64,000 nt of DNA, taken from an uncultured bacterium (GTDB taxonomy: Bacteria > Auribacterota > Erginobacteria > Erginobacterales > Erginobacteraceae). The notes beneath the pieces are model-generated. The model was not told the origin of the DNA. It saw nothing but the letters and a program-made list of their open reading frames with translations, and searched no databases. Shown piece by piece: positions 1-10,306 of the stretch (within the stretch, counting starts at the first letter, position 1; every line of letters starts with the position of its first letter). Both the position numbers and the translations under genes were made by a program. The stretch is from the NCBI GenBank assembly GCA_963822585.1, contig CAWGIE010000031.1, forward strand, positions 64,001 through 128,000. Direction: 5' to 3'.

Positions 1-1
1 C

Positions 2-1324
2 GCTGAAACGGCGATAACAGTAACCGGGGCCCAAAAGCAGCAATCGCCCCTGAATATACCGGAAGACGCCGTCAATAATCTTGAAAAAGGGGACCGGCAT
101 TTTGAGCGCGATGAGTTTGAGGACGCGCTCCCCTTTTACCGGGCGGCGTTCCAGGCCGACCCGGGGAACACCGCGATCATTACCAGACTGGCAAGATGCC
201 TGCGGGAAATGCAGAGTTTTCAGGAAGACCGGGAAATGCTCCGCCGGTTGCTGTTGATCGACCCTCTCAACCCCGATGTTTACGTGGAACTGGGAAACTC
301 TTTCCGCGATCAGCAGGCGTGGGAAACCGCCGAGATGTTTTATCGAAGAGCCATCGCGTTGAACCCTGACCTGGCGCGGGCTTATCTGGAATGGGGCCAC
401 GTTTACAAGAGACAGGGAGACAGTAAAAACGCGATAGCGCTCTATCTGAAAGCTCTTGAACTCGATCCGGACAACGCGTCCATCTCCATGCAATTGGTTT
501 ACTTGGCGCGTTATTACGATACGCTGGGCAACTATGAAGAAGCTGAAAAATTATTTAAAAAAGCCCTGGAGCGCGAACCGGATTATGCCGATGGTTACGC
601 GCAGCTGGGACGTTTTTACGACTGGCGAGGAAGAAATCGGGAAGCGGAACTTATGTGCCAAAGGGCGATCGAGATCGATCCGGCTAACGAGTTGGCCTAC
701 GCCGAACTGGGGGACATCTACAAGAGCCGGGGTCTGACGGAGGAGGCGGGAAGAATGTATCGGAAGGCGCTGGATATCAACCCCCTCAACAACATCGCCT
801 TCCGCGTCCTGGCCGTCTGGTATCTTGAGGAAGGGAAGTATGGAGAGGTGGAAGATCTGTGCGAAAAAATCATCGAGAACAATCCCCGCCACGATGTCGC
901 TCTCGGGATTATGGCCGTCTCTTGCCAAGCCCAGGGGAAAATAGATTTAGCGGAAAAATATTTCTCCCAGGCGAAAGAATTGCGAGCCGGTCTTCTGAAT
1001 CCGAACGTAGCCAAAAACTACCAGAAAGCCGCCCAGATGGTTCGGGAGAGAGGAATACCACTGGTCTGCGTTCAGTATCCGATGCGCAATGTCGATGACC
1101 TGAAGCGAATGTTCCCGGACCCGGAAGGGATTATCTTTGTCGATAATGAAGCTGTTTTTAAGTTGGCCCTGGAAGCGGGGAGTTATGGAGATCTTTTCAC
1201 CGACTGCTTCGCGGGCGACTTCGGACATTGCACCCCGCTGGGGAACCGCCTTCTGGCCGGGAATATTGCCGATAGTATCTTCCCCGCGATCAGGCCAAAA
1301 ACCATCCAACCGGAAAAAGATTGA
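2..1324 (+). CDS. TPR-repeat protein with C-terminal SGNH/GDSL-type segment (5' partial)
   Basis: Frame is open from nt 2 into the 209..1324 ORF. It has many TPR units (e.g. AIALYLKALELDPDNA). The C-terminus LVCVQYP...FVDNE...GDFGHCTPLGNRLLA matches the SGNH block V DxxH region. Confidence 0.75.
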   Translation, partial: AETAITVTGAQKQQSPLNIPEDAVNNLEKGDRHFERDEFEDALPFYRAAFQADPGNTAIITRLARCLREMQSFQEDREMLRRLLLIDPLNPDVYVELGNSFRDQQAWETAEMFYRRAIALNPDLARAYLEWGHVYKRQGDSKNAIALYLKALELDPDNASISMQLVYLARYYDTLGNYEEAEKLFKKALEREPDYADGYAQLGRFYDWRGRNREAELMCQRAIEIDPANELAYAELGDIYKSRGLTEEAGRMYRKALDINPLNNIAFRVLAVWYLEEGKYGEVEDLCEKIIENNPRHDVALGIMAVSCQAQGKIDLAEKYFSQAKELRAGLLNPNVAKNYQKAAQMVRERGIPLVCVQYPMRNVDDLKRMFPDPEGIIFVDNEAVFKLALEAGSYGDLFTDCFAGDFGHCTPLGNRLLAGNIADSIFPAIRPKTIQPEKD

Positions 1325-1357
1325 ACGCCCGCCGGCACAGTTACTTAGGAGAGCATA

Positions 1358-1479
1358 AAATAGATTACAGGTCATTGCAAGGAATCCCGGCGAGCCGGGA
1401 AAGCAATCTCAATTAGTTGGTGAACAAGTGATTGCTTCCCTTTGCCCGCAATGACTCTTTCGAATAGTGCAATCTATTT
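1358..1479. repeat. RPE-like palindromic element (1371-1455) inside an 11/12-bp outer inverted repeat
   Basis: Core gtcattgcaagg...gcaatctc...gattgcttc...cgcaatgac; outer arms aaatagattaca (1358-1369) and tgcaatctattt (1468-1479). Confidence 0.7.
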
Positions 1480-1588
1480 ATATAAGAGTGTTGTACAATT
1501 AAGGTAGTCCCGTGTTACCCGTCTTTTTGATGTTTTCATTGTTTAAAACTACCCGGATTTATTTCTCTCGGGGAAGAAAAAAAGTACC

Positions 1589-2812
1589 ATGCCAACGAAA
1601 TCCGTAGTGACCATGATTGCCGGAATGGCCCTCATCCTCTGGCCGGGGGCGGACAGGTCCGCCAACGCGACACCCAGCCCGAATCCCACGCCGAATTCGA
1701 GACCGGAAACCATCCGGGCCCGGATCGGGACCCTCCCCTACCTCCGTGGATACAAGGCTCCTCCCCAGGAATCAGGCGTAACCGTCTATGACCGGGAACT
1801 CGCCCAACCGGGCTTGAATCTGTATGTCTCCGGAGGTCTTCCTCCGATCGTCTTAATGGACATGGAAGGCAAAGTTCTGCATACCTGGTCGGTCGATCTG
1901 GATAAACTGGGACGGGGCAATCCGATCGTCAGGAGAGCTCATCTCTTCGGCAATGGAGACATTTTGGTAATCCTGGAGATGACGGGGTTGTTGAAACTTG
2001 ACAAGAATTCCCGCCCGCTCTGGTTCTTCCCCGGCAAGGTCCATCATGACTGTGATGTGGCTGAAAATGGCGATATCTACGTGCTGACGGGCCGCGAAGC
2101 ACAGGTCAACCTGGAAGACATGGAGATCAAGGGGTCGATCTTCGACGATTGTATTACCATTCTCAGCCCGGCCGGGAAAGAGAAGAAGGTTATTTCAATC
2201 TTGGAAGCTTTTCAGAACTCGGATCATCGTCCGGTTCTACAGAGAATGGCGATTGATAACTTTAAAGGCGATGTATTTCACACCAATACCCTGGAGCTTA
2301 CCGACGGTTCGGTCGCCGGGAAGTTTCCGCCCTCCCGGAAGGGATGCGCGCTGATATCTCCGCGCAACCTCCAGACCATCGCGATAATCGACCTGGCCGA
2401 AGAAAAGGTGACCTGGGCGTTGTCCGGGATGTGGGCCTATCAGCATCAGCCGACGATACTTCCCAACGGGAATATCCTGCTCTTCGATAACCTGGGGGAG
2501 GAAGGGAAATCGAAAGTCATCGAGTTCAATCCCTGCACGCAGACAACTGTCTGGGCCTACCGGGGAAATGACGAAAACGGATTCCGGACCGAGGACATGG
2601 GTTCTCAGCAGCGGCTCCCGAACGGGAATACCCTGATCACCGAATCCAGAGACGGCCGGGTATTTGAAGTTACCCGGGACAAGAAGATAGCCTGGGAATT
2701 CTTAAACCCGCAGCGCCATGCGGAGGACCTCATCGCCGCCATCTACGAAATGATCCGCCTTAACCCGGCGGACTTCCCCTTTCTCACAACCGACAATACT
2801 CCCTCCGATTGA
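1589..2812 (+). CDS. Arylsulfotransferase (ASST) family protein, secreted
   Basis: N-terminal signal peptide, then HHD, DVFHTNT, YQHQP and QRLPNGNTLITE motifs typical of ASST beta-propellers. Confidence 0.8.
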   Translation: MPTKSVVTMIAGMALILWPGADRSANATPSPNPTPNSRPETIRARIGTLPYLRGYKAPPQESGVTVYDRELAQPGLNLYVSGGLPPIVLMDMEGKVLHTWSVDLDKLGRGNPIVRRAHLFGNGDILVILEMTGLLKLDKNSRPLWFFPGKVHHDCDVAENGDIYVLTGREAQVNLEDMEIKGSIFDDCITILSPAGKEKKVISILEAFQNSDHRPVLQRMAIDNFKGDVFHTNTLELTDGSVAGKFPPSRKGCALISPRNLQTIAIIDLAEEKVTWALSGMWAYQHQPTILPNGNILLFDNLGEEGKSKVIEFNPCTQTTVWAYRGNDENGFRTEDMGSQQRLPNGNTLITESRDGRVFEVTRDKKIAWEFLNPQRHAEDLIAAIYEMIRLNPADFPFLTTDNTPSD

Positions 2813-2902
2813 ATACCTCCAAACCGGAAGACAGCGGCCTGACGGCGACCCCATGCCCGATGCAGGAGGAGCGGGGTCGGCCAAAGCCGGGAGCAATCGT
2901 CT

Positions 2903-5491
2903 TTACCTCCGAAATCTGATCCTTCTCACTCCGATCCAGCCCACTATAATCAATAAAACTCCCCAGGAAACGATTGAGATGGAGGCTCCGATCATCCAGC
3001 TGCGGGGTCGGAAGATCATCTCGACCTTATGAGAACCCTTCTCCAGCCATACCCCCCGCTGGAGATAATTAACCCGGAAAAGAAAGGACGGCGCGCCGTC
3101 TACGACAGCTTTCCAGCCGGGGTACCAGATATCGGTCAGAACCAGCATAGCCGGACGCGATGCCCCCACGGCGATTTTCACCCGGTTGGGGTTGCTGAAA
3201 TCGAGTTCGGCAATTGGATTTTCCGCCTGGAGTTCTTTGAAACGGGCGATATATTCATCCCGGGGGCCGGCATCAAAAGACCCGTAATCAGTGATCAGCG
3301 ATCGGTCCCGAAAAGCTCCGCCGGGGCGGTGCCTCGGGATCTCCGCTTCGCTCCGATAATCAGTTCGCTCGCCAGCGCCCGGCAACTGATTACTGATTAC
3401 TGATAACTGATTTGCGCCATCAATAAATACTCCTTCCCTCAAATCTCCCTTCACCAGTTCCTCTCGTGCTTCATCTTCCGAGCATTTAACCAGCCTATCC
3501 AGGGTGAATGCCCGGGGAAGAACTCCGGGATTTGTATGCAGATAAAAATCCGGGTCTGACTCCAGTTTAACCGCGGTTTCACCCGGGAAAATTCCTGCCG
3601 GCCGGGAATCAAGAAGATACTCAACCGACATATTGCTCAAGAAAGCCGGATGGACCGGGCGGGGAAAGTCCCAGTAAAGCGGCCAATCCACCGGCCGGCC
3701 GTACGCTTCTTCAAACGCCTTCCTGAACCGCTTTTCCAGTGGCTTCATATCGTAGCCCATAAAAGCGAAGCTGCCTTCCAGGTAGGCGAAATTTTCGTGG
3801 AAAGGCTGATCGGTCGCCCAGCGGAGGCAAGAGTCGTCCCGGGACGCGGCCAGTGTACGCAGTACTCTTTGCACCATCGGGTGTGACCGGGGACCGAGGC
3901 TCCGGAGGTGTTCGGGCCGGGGATGGTGAAAGCGAAAAGTGCAGAAGTACAATGCCGCGAACGTGAAGATCGACGTCTCCAGGATAACCAGCGCGGCCAC
4001 CGCTCTCGACCGGGTCTTTCCCCGCAAACCCCGCCAGGTGAAAACCAGCATACCGGCGGCCGCGACAAAGTAAAGGACCGGGCTCCGGATAAACCATTGC
4101 AGGTTGCCCCGGCGGATGATTTCCTTCAAGCCGGGCGGAGAGAAATTCCCGCTCAACCAGCCCCGGATTCCGTCGTAACCGAAGAGCGCCAGAAGGCCGG
4201 CGAGAAAAGCCAGGGCGAGGTACCCGTAGATAAGCTTTCGAGGCCAGCCCGTTGCAGCCCATTTGCCCGAGATCAGGTATTCCATCCCCAGGCCGGCCAG
4301 CCAGGCGGTGGCGATAACCTGCAGGAGGCGGTAACGGATGGGGAAGGGAAACAGGGACAGAACCGGCACCACTTTATAGAAGAAATAATAAAACGGGGCG
4401 TGCCTTCCCAGCATCAAGAGCACGGAGAATATCCAGACCAGGACCGCGAAGACCGCCCAGAACCGTAACCGCCGGAGGCGAGAACGACGCGCAATCAAAA
4501 ACGCACCGGCCAGGGCCAGGAAGGTAAGCAGCAATCCCCCGCTCATATTGGCGTCCCAGAACCTGACCCCCTGGGTAATCGAATCCACCCAGTTGCGGTT
4601 ATTGAGATTGCTCACGGTCCCGAAGAGATCGGGGACGAAGAGGGTCGCCAAATAGATCGGGGGCATCGAACCGTCTCCGCCGGTCATCGCCTCATAGGTC
4701 TCCTCCAGATGCAGCTTGGTATGAGCCGAACCTTCGAGGGCGGAGACCCAGAAGACGGCGGAGAGGGCCAACCCGAGCAATACCGCCGCCGCCAGCTGGA
4801 GGGGAGCCCGGAAGAAACGGAGTTTCTTCTTCCCCCGGAGCCGGCGCGCCCCCAGACCCAGGGCCAGCAACCCGCCCAGGAGCAGGCCGTAGCCGACGTG
4901 GGGCGGCTGGGCGGCCAGCATCATCAGGGCGAAGATGCATCCGCCGGCGGCGATCCTCCCGAAACCGGCCCCGCGGTCCATCAGGACAACCACCAGCAGG
5001 AACCAGGGAAGCCAGGCCTGGACATTCACCACCGGCGGCCAGACATAGGAGTAGGAGAAGGCGGGGCTGAAAAGGTACACCCAGGCGGTGATGAAAGCGG
5101 GAAAGGGACGGAGCCGGATCCCGCAACGGGCCAGGGCATACATCCCGATCACCGCCAGCAGGTAATGGAGAATCAACGGGAGCAGGCTGATCACGAAATA
5201 GGCCTGGTCGAGATCGTCGAGGCGGCTGAGGAGGAGAAAGGGCCAGAGCGGCAGATAGTAAGTATCGGCGTAAAAACGAGCGTAAAAGGGCTTGGCCCCG
5301 CACCAGGTCTCGCTGTCCCAGAGCGGGATTACGCCGTTCTGAATATGGCGGGCCACGTAATACTGCCAGGGGAAGACGTCCATCGCCACGTCATCGTGAA
5401 ATATCCCCCGCCAGCCGATCAGGGCGGGCAGAAATAGCGCCCCTACGGCCAGAAAGAGGAAAATGACGGCGAAGAGATCAGCTTTTTTCAT
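2903..5491 (-). CDS. YfhO-family multi-pass membrane protein (GT-C-like)
   Basis: DD after TM1, IPLWD...G motif, many TM helices, C-terminal LVLTDIWYPGWKAVVDG...RVNYLQRGV...H.V signature. Confidence 0.85.
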   Translation of the reverse strand: MKKADLFAVIFLFLAVGALFLPALIGWRGIFHDDVAMDVFPWQYYVARHIQNGVIPLWDSETWCGAKPFYARFYADTYYLPLWPFLLLSRLDDLDQAYFVISLLPLILHYLLAVIGMYALARCGIRLRPFPAFITAWVYLFSPAFSYSYVWPPVVNVQAWLPWFLLVVVLMDRGAGFGRIAAGGCIFALMMLAAQPPHVGYGLLLGGLLALGLGARRLRGKKKLRFFRAPLQLAAAVLLGLALSAVFWVSALEGSAHTKLHLEETYEAMTGGDGSMPPIYLATLFVPDLFGTVSNLNNRNWVDSITQGVRFWDANMSGGLLLTFLALAGAFLIARRSRLRRLRFWAVFAVLVWIFSVLLMLGRHAPFYYFFYKVVPVLSLFPFPIRYRLLQVIATAWLAGLGMEYLISGKWAATGWPRKLIYGYLALAFLAGLLALFGYDGIRGWLSGNFSPPGLKEIIRRGNLQWFIRSPVLYFVAAAGMLVFTWRGLRGKTRSRAVAALVILETSIFTFAALYFCTFRFHHPRPEHLRSLGPRSHPMVQRVLRTLAASRDDSCLRWATDQPFHENFAYLEGSFAFMGYDMKPLEKRFRKAFEEAYGRPVDWPLYWDFPRPVHPAFLSNMSVEYLLDSRPAGIFPGETAVKLESDPDFYLHTNPGVLPRAFTLDRLVKCSEDEAREELVKGDLREGVFIDGANQLSVISNQLPGAGERTDYRSEAEIPRHRPGGAFRDRSLITDYGSFDAGPRDEYIARFKELQAENPIAELDFSNPNRVKIAVGASRPAMLVLTDIWYPGWKAVVDGAPSFLFRVNYLQRGVWLEKGSHKVEMIFRPRSWMIGASISIVSWGVLLIIVGWIGVRRIRFRR
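3284..3412. repeat. In-frame heptamer-arm palindromic element, with a nested insert, inside the YfhO gene
   Basis: gtaatca-gtgatca-gcgatcg ... ctgatta-ctgatta-ctgataa-ctgatt; translated NQLSVISNQ...SLITDY. Confidence 0.85.
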
Positions 5492-5493
5492 TA

Positions 5494-5645
5494 TAAGTTA
5501 GCGCCTGCGGCGCTAACTTAGTAAAAAACACTGAAGCTAACGCCACTTAGTGGAAGTTACAATTTTCAGGTTAGACAACAATCAATTGAACTACCTTTTT
5601 TGAAATTCCTAAACAATAAATTAGCGAGCTTCGCTCGCTAATTTA
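5494..5645. repeat. Two perfect 12-13 bp-stem triloop hairpins (REP-like)
   Basis: taagttagcgcc-tgc-ggcgctaactta (5494-5520) and taaattagcgagc-ttc-gctcgctaattta (5617-5645). Confidence 0.75.
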
Positions 5646-5720
5646 GGTTACATTTTTTCGTTTTGTTCACTAGTGGTGATGTATGTATCAATCACCGCAT
5701 CGCTTGATTTTCGGCGCGGA

Positions 5721-8243
5721 TCAGTGCCGGCGCCGGGAACGGAACGACAGACGGATCAGCCCGAGCAGGGCCAGGAGTCCCGCTCCGGTTATCGCCAGCC
5801 CCGGTCCGATTGAAGACGGCCGGAACACCATCTCAATCCGGCACTCCCCGGGCGGACACCAGATCCCCCTCTGGAGGTAATTTACCCGGTGAACAGGGAC
5901 CGGTTCCCCGTTTAAGGTCGCCCGCCAATCCGGATGGTAAACATCGGTCATCACCAGCATAGCCGGAGTCGAAATTTCCGCGTCGATCACTACCCGGTTG
6001 GGGTCGCGGAAATCCAGGTGGGTAATCGGGTTTGCAGCCTGCAACTCCTCAAAATGGGCACTATATTCCTCCTCGCTTCCCGGAACGAAAGATTTGTAAT
6101 CAGTAATCGGTAATCGGTAATCAGACCGTAAGCCTACCCCAGTCCACTGATCACTGATTACTGATAACTGATTACTTCCTTCAACGAAGACTCCCTCCCT
6201 CAAATCCCCCCCGACCAGTTCCGCCACCGCCTCCTCTTCCGAACACCCGATAATCCTATCTATCGTGTAGAGCCGGGGCAGGGCGCCGGCCGCGCGATAG
6301 GCGAAATCGCCGTTGACTCTTTTCTCGTCTCCCAGGTGAGAAATGATCAAGCGGGAGGGGGAGAGGAAATACCGTCCGCTCATATTTAGCCAGAACCTCG
6401 AGGACCAGTCCTTGACCTTGATTTCATAGGGGAACCCCTCCGTCAACTCCTCGATGATCCCCTGGAAGCGGGGATCGAGGGGCTTGATATCGAAGCCCAG
6501 CAGGGAGAGGGAACCATCCAGCCAGCCGAGATTGTCGAAGTAGGAGCGGTAATAGAGACGGCGATAGAGGCCCCCCTCCCCTTCCCGCTCCGGCCGCCAG
6601 TGAAGAATTTTTTGGTAAACCGGGTCGTCGTCCGGTCCGAAATATCGCTCGGCGTACATATCCCGGTAACGGTGGTTGAGGACCCGGTTGTGATAAAACG
6701 CCCGATAGGAAAAGAAGATCAGTTCCCCCGCCGACGTTACGATGAGAAGGGTTCGCAGGCACTTTCCGCCCCTGACCCCGGCGATCAGGAGCAGCCAGCA
6801 CGCCCCCAGAATCAGGTATAAGACCGGCCCACGGATAAACCAGGGCCAATCCCCGAGCGCCGTCAATTGCCGGAAACCGGGCGAGAATACAGTACCTCTG
6901 ATATCGGAATAAGGGGATACGAGAGCCAGACCGGCCAGCAGGAGAACGAAAAGCAGATAGATAACCGCCGGCCGGATCAACCGTGGCGGACGATAGCGAG
7001 CCATAAGTTCGACCGAGACCCCGAGCAGACCGGCCAGGGCGAAGCACTCGATGCTCCGGAAGCGAACCGGATAGGGCATCCGGAGAACCGGGATCAGAAC
7101 CCGGAAAAAGCCATAAGCCGGGGTGTATCTACCCAAAACCACCAGAATTCCGAAGAGGAAGATGGCGAAAAAACCCCACCAGTATTGCCGGAGGGAGCGG
7201 CCCCGGTCGTCTCCCCCCTGTCGGCCCGACAAGCTGAGAAAGCCGGCGAAAACCAGGAATAAAAGGAACAGACCTCCCAGCAGATTAGCGTCGTTCAGGG
7301 TGAGGTTCATCCGGTGAGCCGCCCCCCAGGTATGGTAGCTGGTCACCCCCCCGAAGTAATCGGGGAGGAAGAGGGTGACCAGGTAAAGGGGGGGCATACT
7401 CTGGGCCAGCCCCGACAGCGCCTCGACCGTCTCTCCCGTCTCCGTCCCCAGCATCCGAAGCCCGGAGATCATATTTCCCCAGTAAACCCCGGCCAGGAGA
7501 AAACCGATCCCGAAGAAGGCGATCCCTCCTCCGGCGACGCGCCAAACCACCTTCCAATCCCTCCTCTTCAGGCCCGGAATAATCAGAGCCAGACCAAAGA
7601 GAGCGGTAATGAAGAGCAGGTGGGCCACTACCGGGACATCGCCGGACGGGGAGACCAGGGCGAAGGCCCCCGCCCCCAGGATCAGCCATCGAAGCCGGCC
7701 GGTTTTCGCGAACCCGATCAGGCAGAGACAGAAGAGCGGGAGCCAGGCCTGGATCAGAACTTCCGGGGGGCAGAGCGAGAAATAGATCATCGCCGGGCTG
7801 AGCGTGTATGCGAGGGAGAAGAGGAACGATCCCGGACGGCCGAGTTTGAGTCCGCGCCGGCAGAAGAGATAGGAAAACCAGGCGGAGAGAAGATAGGAGA
7901 CCGTCAGGGGGAGTTTGATCAGCCAGAGATAATCGCGGACCGGATCGAGGCCACCCAAAATGAGAAAAATCCAGTTCAAGGGAGAGATCGCGCTCTGGAA
8001 GAAGTGTCCGTAAAAAGGACTCGCCCCGGCGGCCAGATGAGGATTCCACCAGGGGATGGTCCCCCGGACCAGGGCCCGGGAGAGAAACGACTGTTGGGGG
8101 TAGAAAAAAAACGCTATATCATCGAAGAAAAATTTCTCCCAGCCGGCCAGCAGGGGCAGGAAAAAGAGAGTGAGCAGCATCGTGAGGAGAGCAAAAGGAA
8201 GCCAGCGGCAAGAGATCTTTTGTTTTCCTTGGTCATTATTCAT
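5721..8243 (-). CDS. YfhO-family multi-pass membrane protein (GT-C-like)
   Basis: FFDD, IPWWNP, LVMTDVYHPDWRA...RVNYLQRGI; co-linear paralog of 2903..5491. Confidence 0.85.
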   Translation of the reverse strand: MNNDQGKQKISCRWLPFALLTMLLTLFFLPLLAGWEKFFFDDIAFFFYPQQSFLSRALVRGTIPWWNPHLAAGASPFYGHFFQSAISPLNWIFLILGGLDPVRDYLWLIKLPLTVSYLLSAWFSYLFCRRGLKLGRPGSFLFSLAYTLSPAMIYFSLCPPEVLIQAWLPLFCLCLIGFAKTGRLRWLILGAGAFALVSPSGDVPVVAHLLFITALFGLALIIPGLKRRDWKVVWRVAGGGIAFFGIGFLLAGVYWGNMISGLRMLGTETGETVEALSGLAQSMPPLYLVTLFLPDYFGGVTSYHTWGAAHRMNLTLNDANLLGGLFLLFLVFAGFLSLSGRQGGDDRGRSLRQYWWGFFAIFLFGILVVLGRYTPAYGFFRVLIPVLRMPYPVRFRSIECFALAGLLGVSVELMARYRPPRLIRPAVIYLLFVLLLAGLALVSPYSDIRGTVFSPGFRQLTALGDWPWFIRGPVLYLILGACWLLLIAGVRGGKCLRTLLIVTSAGELIFFSYRAFYHNRVLNHRYRDMYAERYFGPDDDPVYQKILHWRPEREGEGGLYRRLYYRSYFDNLGWLDGSLSLLGFDIKPLDPRFQGIIEELTEGFPYEIKVKDWSSRFWLNMSGRYFLSPSRLIISHLGDEKRVNGDFAYRAAGALPRLYTIDRIIGCSEEEAVAELVGGDLREGVFVEGSNQLSVISDQWTGVGLRSDYRLPITDYKSFVPGSEEEYSAHFEELQAANPITHLDFRDPNRVVIDAEISTPAMLVMTDVYHPDWRATLNGEPVPVHRVNYLQRGIWCPPGECRIEMVFRPSSIGPGLAITGAGLLALLGLIRLSFRSRRRH
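6096..6175. repeat. In-frame heptamer-arm palindromic element inside the YfhO gene
   Basis: (gtaatcR)4 + short spacer + (ctgatHa)4; translated NQLSVISDQ...DYRLPITDY. Confidence 0.9.
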
Positions 8244-10290
8244 AAAAGCCTAATTCGGAGAGCGCCAGGAAATAATCCCGACTGTTGTCCGGATTGTTTA
8301 CCAGGTAAAGCTTATAGAATCGATACGATCGATCCGGAGCAATGTTCCAATAAATCCACTGGTTGAGATTCGGATTGCGCGGACCTTCCAGGAGAGATAC
8401 CGGCTCCCAATTGACTCGATCCCGACTTCCCAGGAGCAGTCCTCTCTTTATAAATGCCTGAGGATTGGATGGGGCGGGCAGGGCGGCCACGGTCCGGACT
8501 CGAGCGGCCTTTTCCGGCCCCAGATCGACTTCCAGCCAGGACGGGCGGGTAACAAAATCCACCAAATCCCGGATATGCCATACTGTGTCATAATCCCCGT
8601 CGATCAGATTCTCGGCCCCCTGCCCCGGACCGTTCTGATCGGAGACTCTCAGACGAACATCGCGAGCCGACAGAAGATTACCGGGTTTTTTCTCGGAAAT
8701 TATTTGATCGGATGCCTGAATCGGTTGTGCTGCCCCGGCCTCCTTTTCCAGCCGGTCAATGACCCGGAACAGCCAGGAATATTCCATTTCCGCAAAGAAC
8801 CAGTAGGAGCGGCGGGGATAATTTTTCCTTAATTCTTCCAATACCCCCGGCTGATCCCGATTCTTCCAGATATTCATAACCATCTCTCGGGTCAGCTCGA
8901 TCCCGTCATTCTCCACCCTGGCGGTATCTGGATAGAGCGCTCCGATCGGGCGGCCGTGATCGAGATACCAGGAACGGCCGAGCACGATAAAATTATACCC
9001 GCCCAGCAGAAGCAGAAATATGAAAATAATCAGGCCGATCGGCCGATACCGTTCTTGACCGGAAGAAAGAATCAAGGAGACCAATAATACCCAGAATACC
9101 GGGAAAAGCGTTCCGTAATAATAGCTTGATTGAACTATTCCTTTCTTAGTGAAAAGCATCGTTTCAAAGATCAAGAATAAAATGATCACCAGAAATACCC
9201 GGGCAATTATTTTTTTCCGGGCGGAAGAAGCCCGGAAAAACATCAGCAGGAAATATCCTCCGAAAAAGAGGGGAATCAAAACGCTCAACGCCGATATTTC
9301 CAGGTCCCCCGATGAGCTTCTGATACTGATATAATCAAAAAGAATGTTCCGGGCGTTAATCAAGATATTAAGCGGGATAAACTTTTCCCATACTCTGTAT
9401 TCAGAAGCGCCAAACGGATGGAGCTCGCACTGCCAGAAATTGAAATTTCCAAACCCCAAATTTTCGATTATTCGGGGAGCAAGCCAGGTCACAAAAAGAA
9501 CAAAAATTACCGGTAGCAAGCCGTAAGCGAAAATCCTCCACCATCTCGGCGGCCGGGAAAACAATAAAGCGGGAAATAAAACCGGTATCGCGATAAAAAT
9601 GAACCAGAAGGTTTCCTCCAGAAAGAAAGATATAAAAACACTCAATACCAGCAACCAGAACCACCCGGTATTTTTTCCCTCCCGATCATTCCCCCGGCAG
9701 GGAACGATAACGGACGCGCAATAAAGGCAAAAAATAGCGGCAAAACGGCAGAGAGGTTTTCCGGGATGAAAAAACATAACGATCCCGGAAAGAAAACCGG
9801 TGGATAAATAATAAAGTGATATCCCCATCCAGGCGGAAATTCTGTTCCGGCTGAGATTATAAATGAGTTTCCAGAGGAAAAGAGGGCTCAGCAATAGGCT
9901 GAAAATCCAGGTTAGAGACAAACTAAGGAGCGGCGGAAAATGCTGAAAAAACCAGTTCCTGAATTTCAGATCCACAACCGTCCCTACATAAGACAGAAAA
10001 CGGGTACGCATGGCCCCGTCAAAACTCCAGAAATCAAAGCCCCGCAATAAATCTTCGGCAACCAGGTCGTGCCGGTTACCGAGCGCGAATGGGAGGTGGC
10101 GGCTGACCGCCTCCGGATGAACCCAGGTCAGATTTGGATCGGAGAGACAATAAATCACAAAGAGCGCTGAGAGGATAAAAATGAGAATATAAATTCCGGA
10201 GCGGGCGAGTCCCGGATATTTTTCCCCGGATAGGTCCTGATCGCCGGTGCCGGCGATATTTTTATGAAATAAATGTGCTTTCACGACCAA
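8236..10290 (-). CDS. Multi-pass membrane protein (GT-C-like) with C-terminal discoidin/F5-8 type C (CBM32-like) domain
   Basis: About 10 TM segments; C-terminal NLIDGDYDTVWH...WLEVDLG...YRFYKL...LSELGFY. Confidence 0.7.
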   Translation of the reverse strand: MVVKAHLFHKNIAGTGDQDLSGEKYPGLARSGIYILIFILSALFVIYCLSDPNLTWVHPEAVSRHLPFALGNRHDLVAEDLLRGFDFWSFDGAMRTRFLSYVGTVVDLKFRNWFFQHFPPLLSLSLTWIFSLLLSPLFLWKLIYNLSRNRISAWMGISLYYLSTGFLSGIVMFFHPGKPLCRFAAIFCLYCASVIVPCRGNDREGKNTGWFWLLVLSVFISFFLEETFWFIFIAIPVLFPALLFSRPPRWWRIFAYGLLPVIFVLFVTWLAPRIIENLGFGNFNFWQCELHPFGASEYRVWEKFIPLNILINARNILFDYISIRSSSGDLEISALSVLIPLFFGGYFLLMFFRASSARKKIIARVFLVIILFLIFETMLFTKKGIVQSSYYYGTLFPVFWVLLVSLILSSGQERYRPIGLIIFIFLLLLGGYNFIVLGRSWYLDHGRPIGALYPDTARVENDGIELTREMVMNIWKNRDQPGVLEELRKNYPRRSYWFFAEMEYSWLFRVIDRLEKEAGAAQPIQASDQIISEKKPGNLLSARDVRLRVSDQNGPGQGAENLIDGDYDTVWHIRDLVDFVTRPSWLEVDLGPEKAARVRTVAALPAPSNPQAFIKRGLLLGSRDRVNWEPVSLLEGPRNPNLNQWIYWNIAPDRSYRFYKLYLVNNPDNSRDYFLALSELGFYE

Positions 10291-10306
10291 AAATCAGGTG
10301 AAATAG

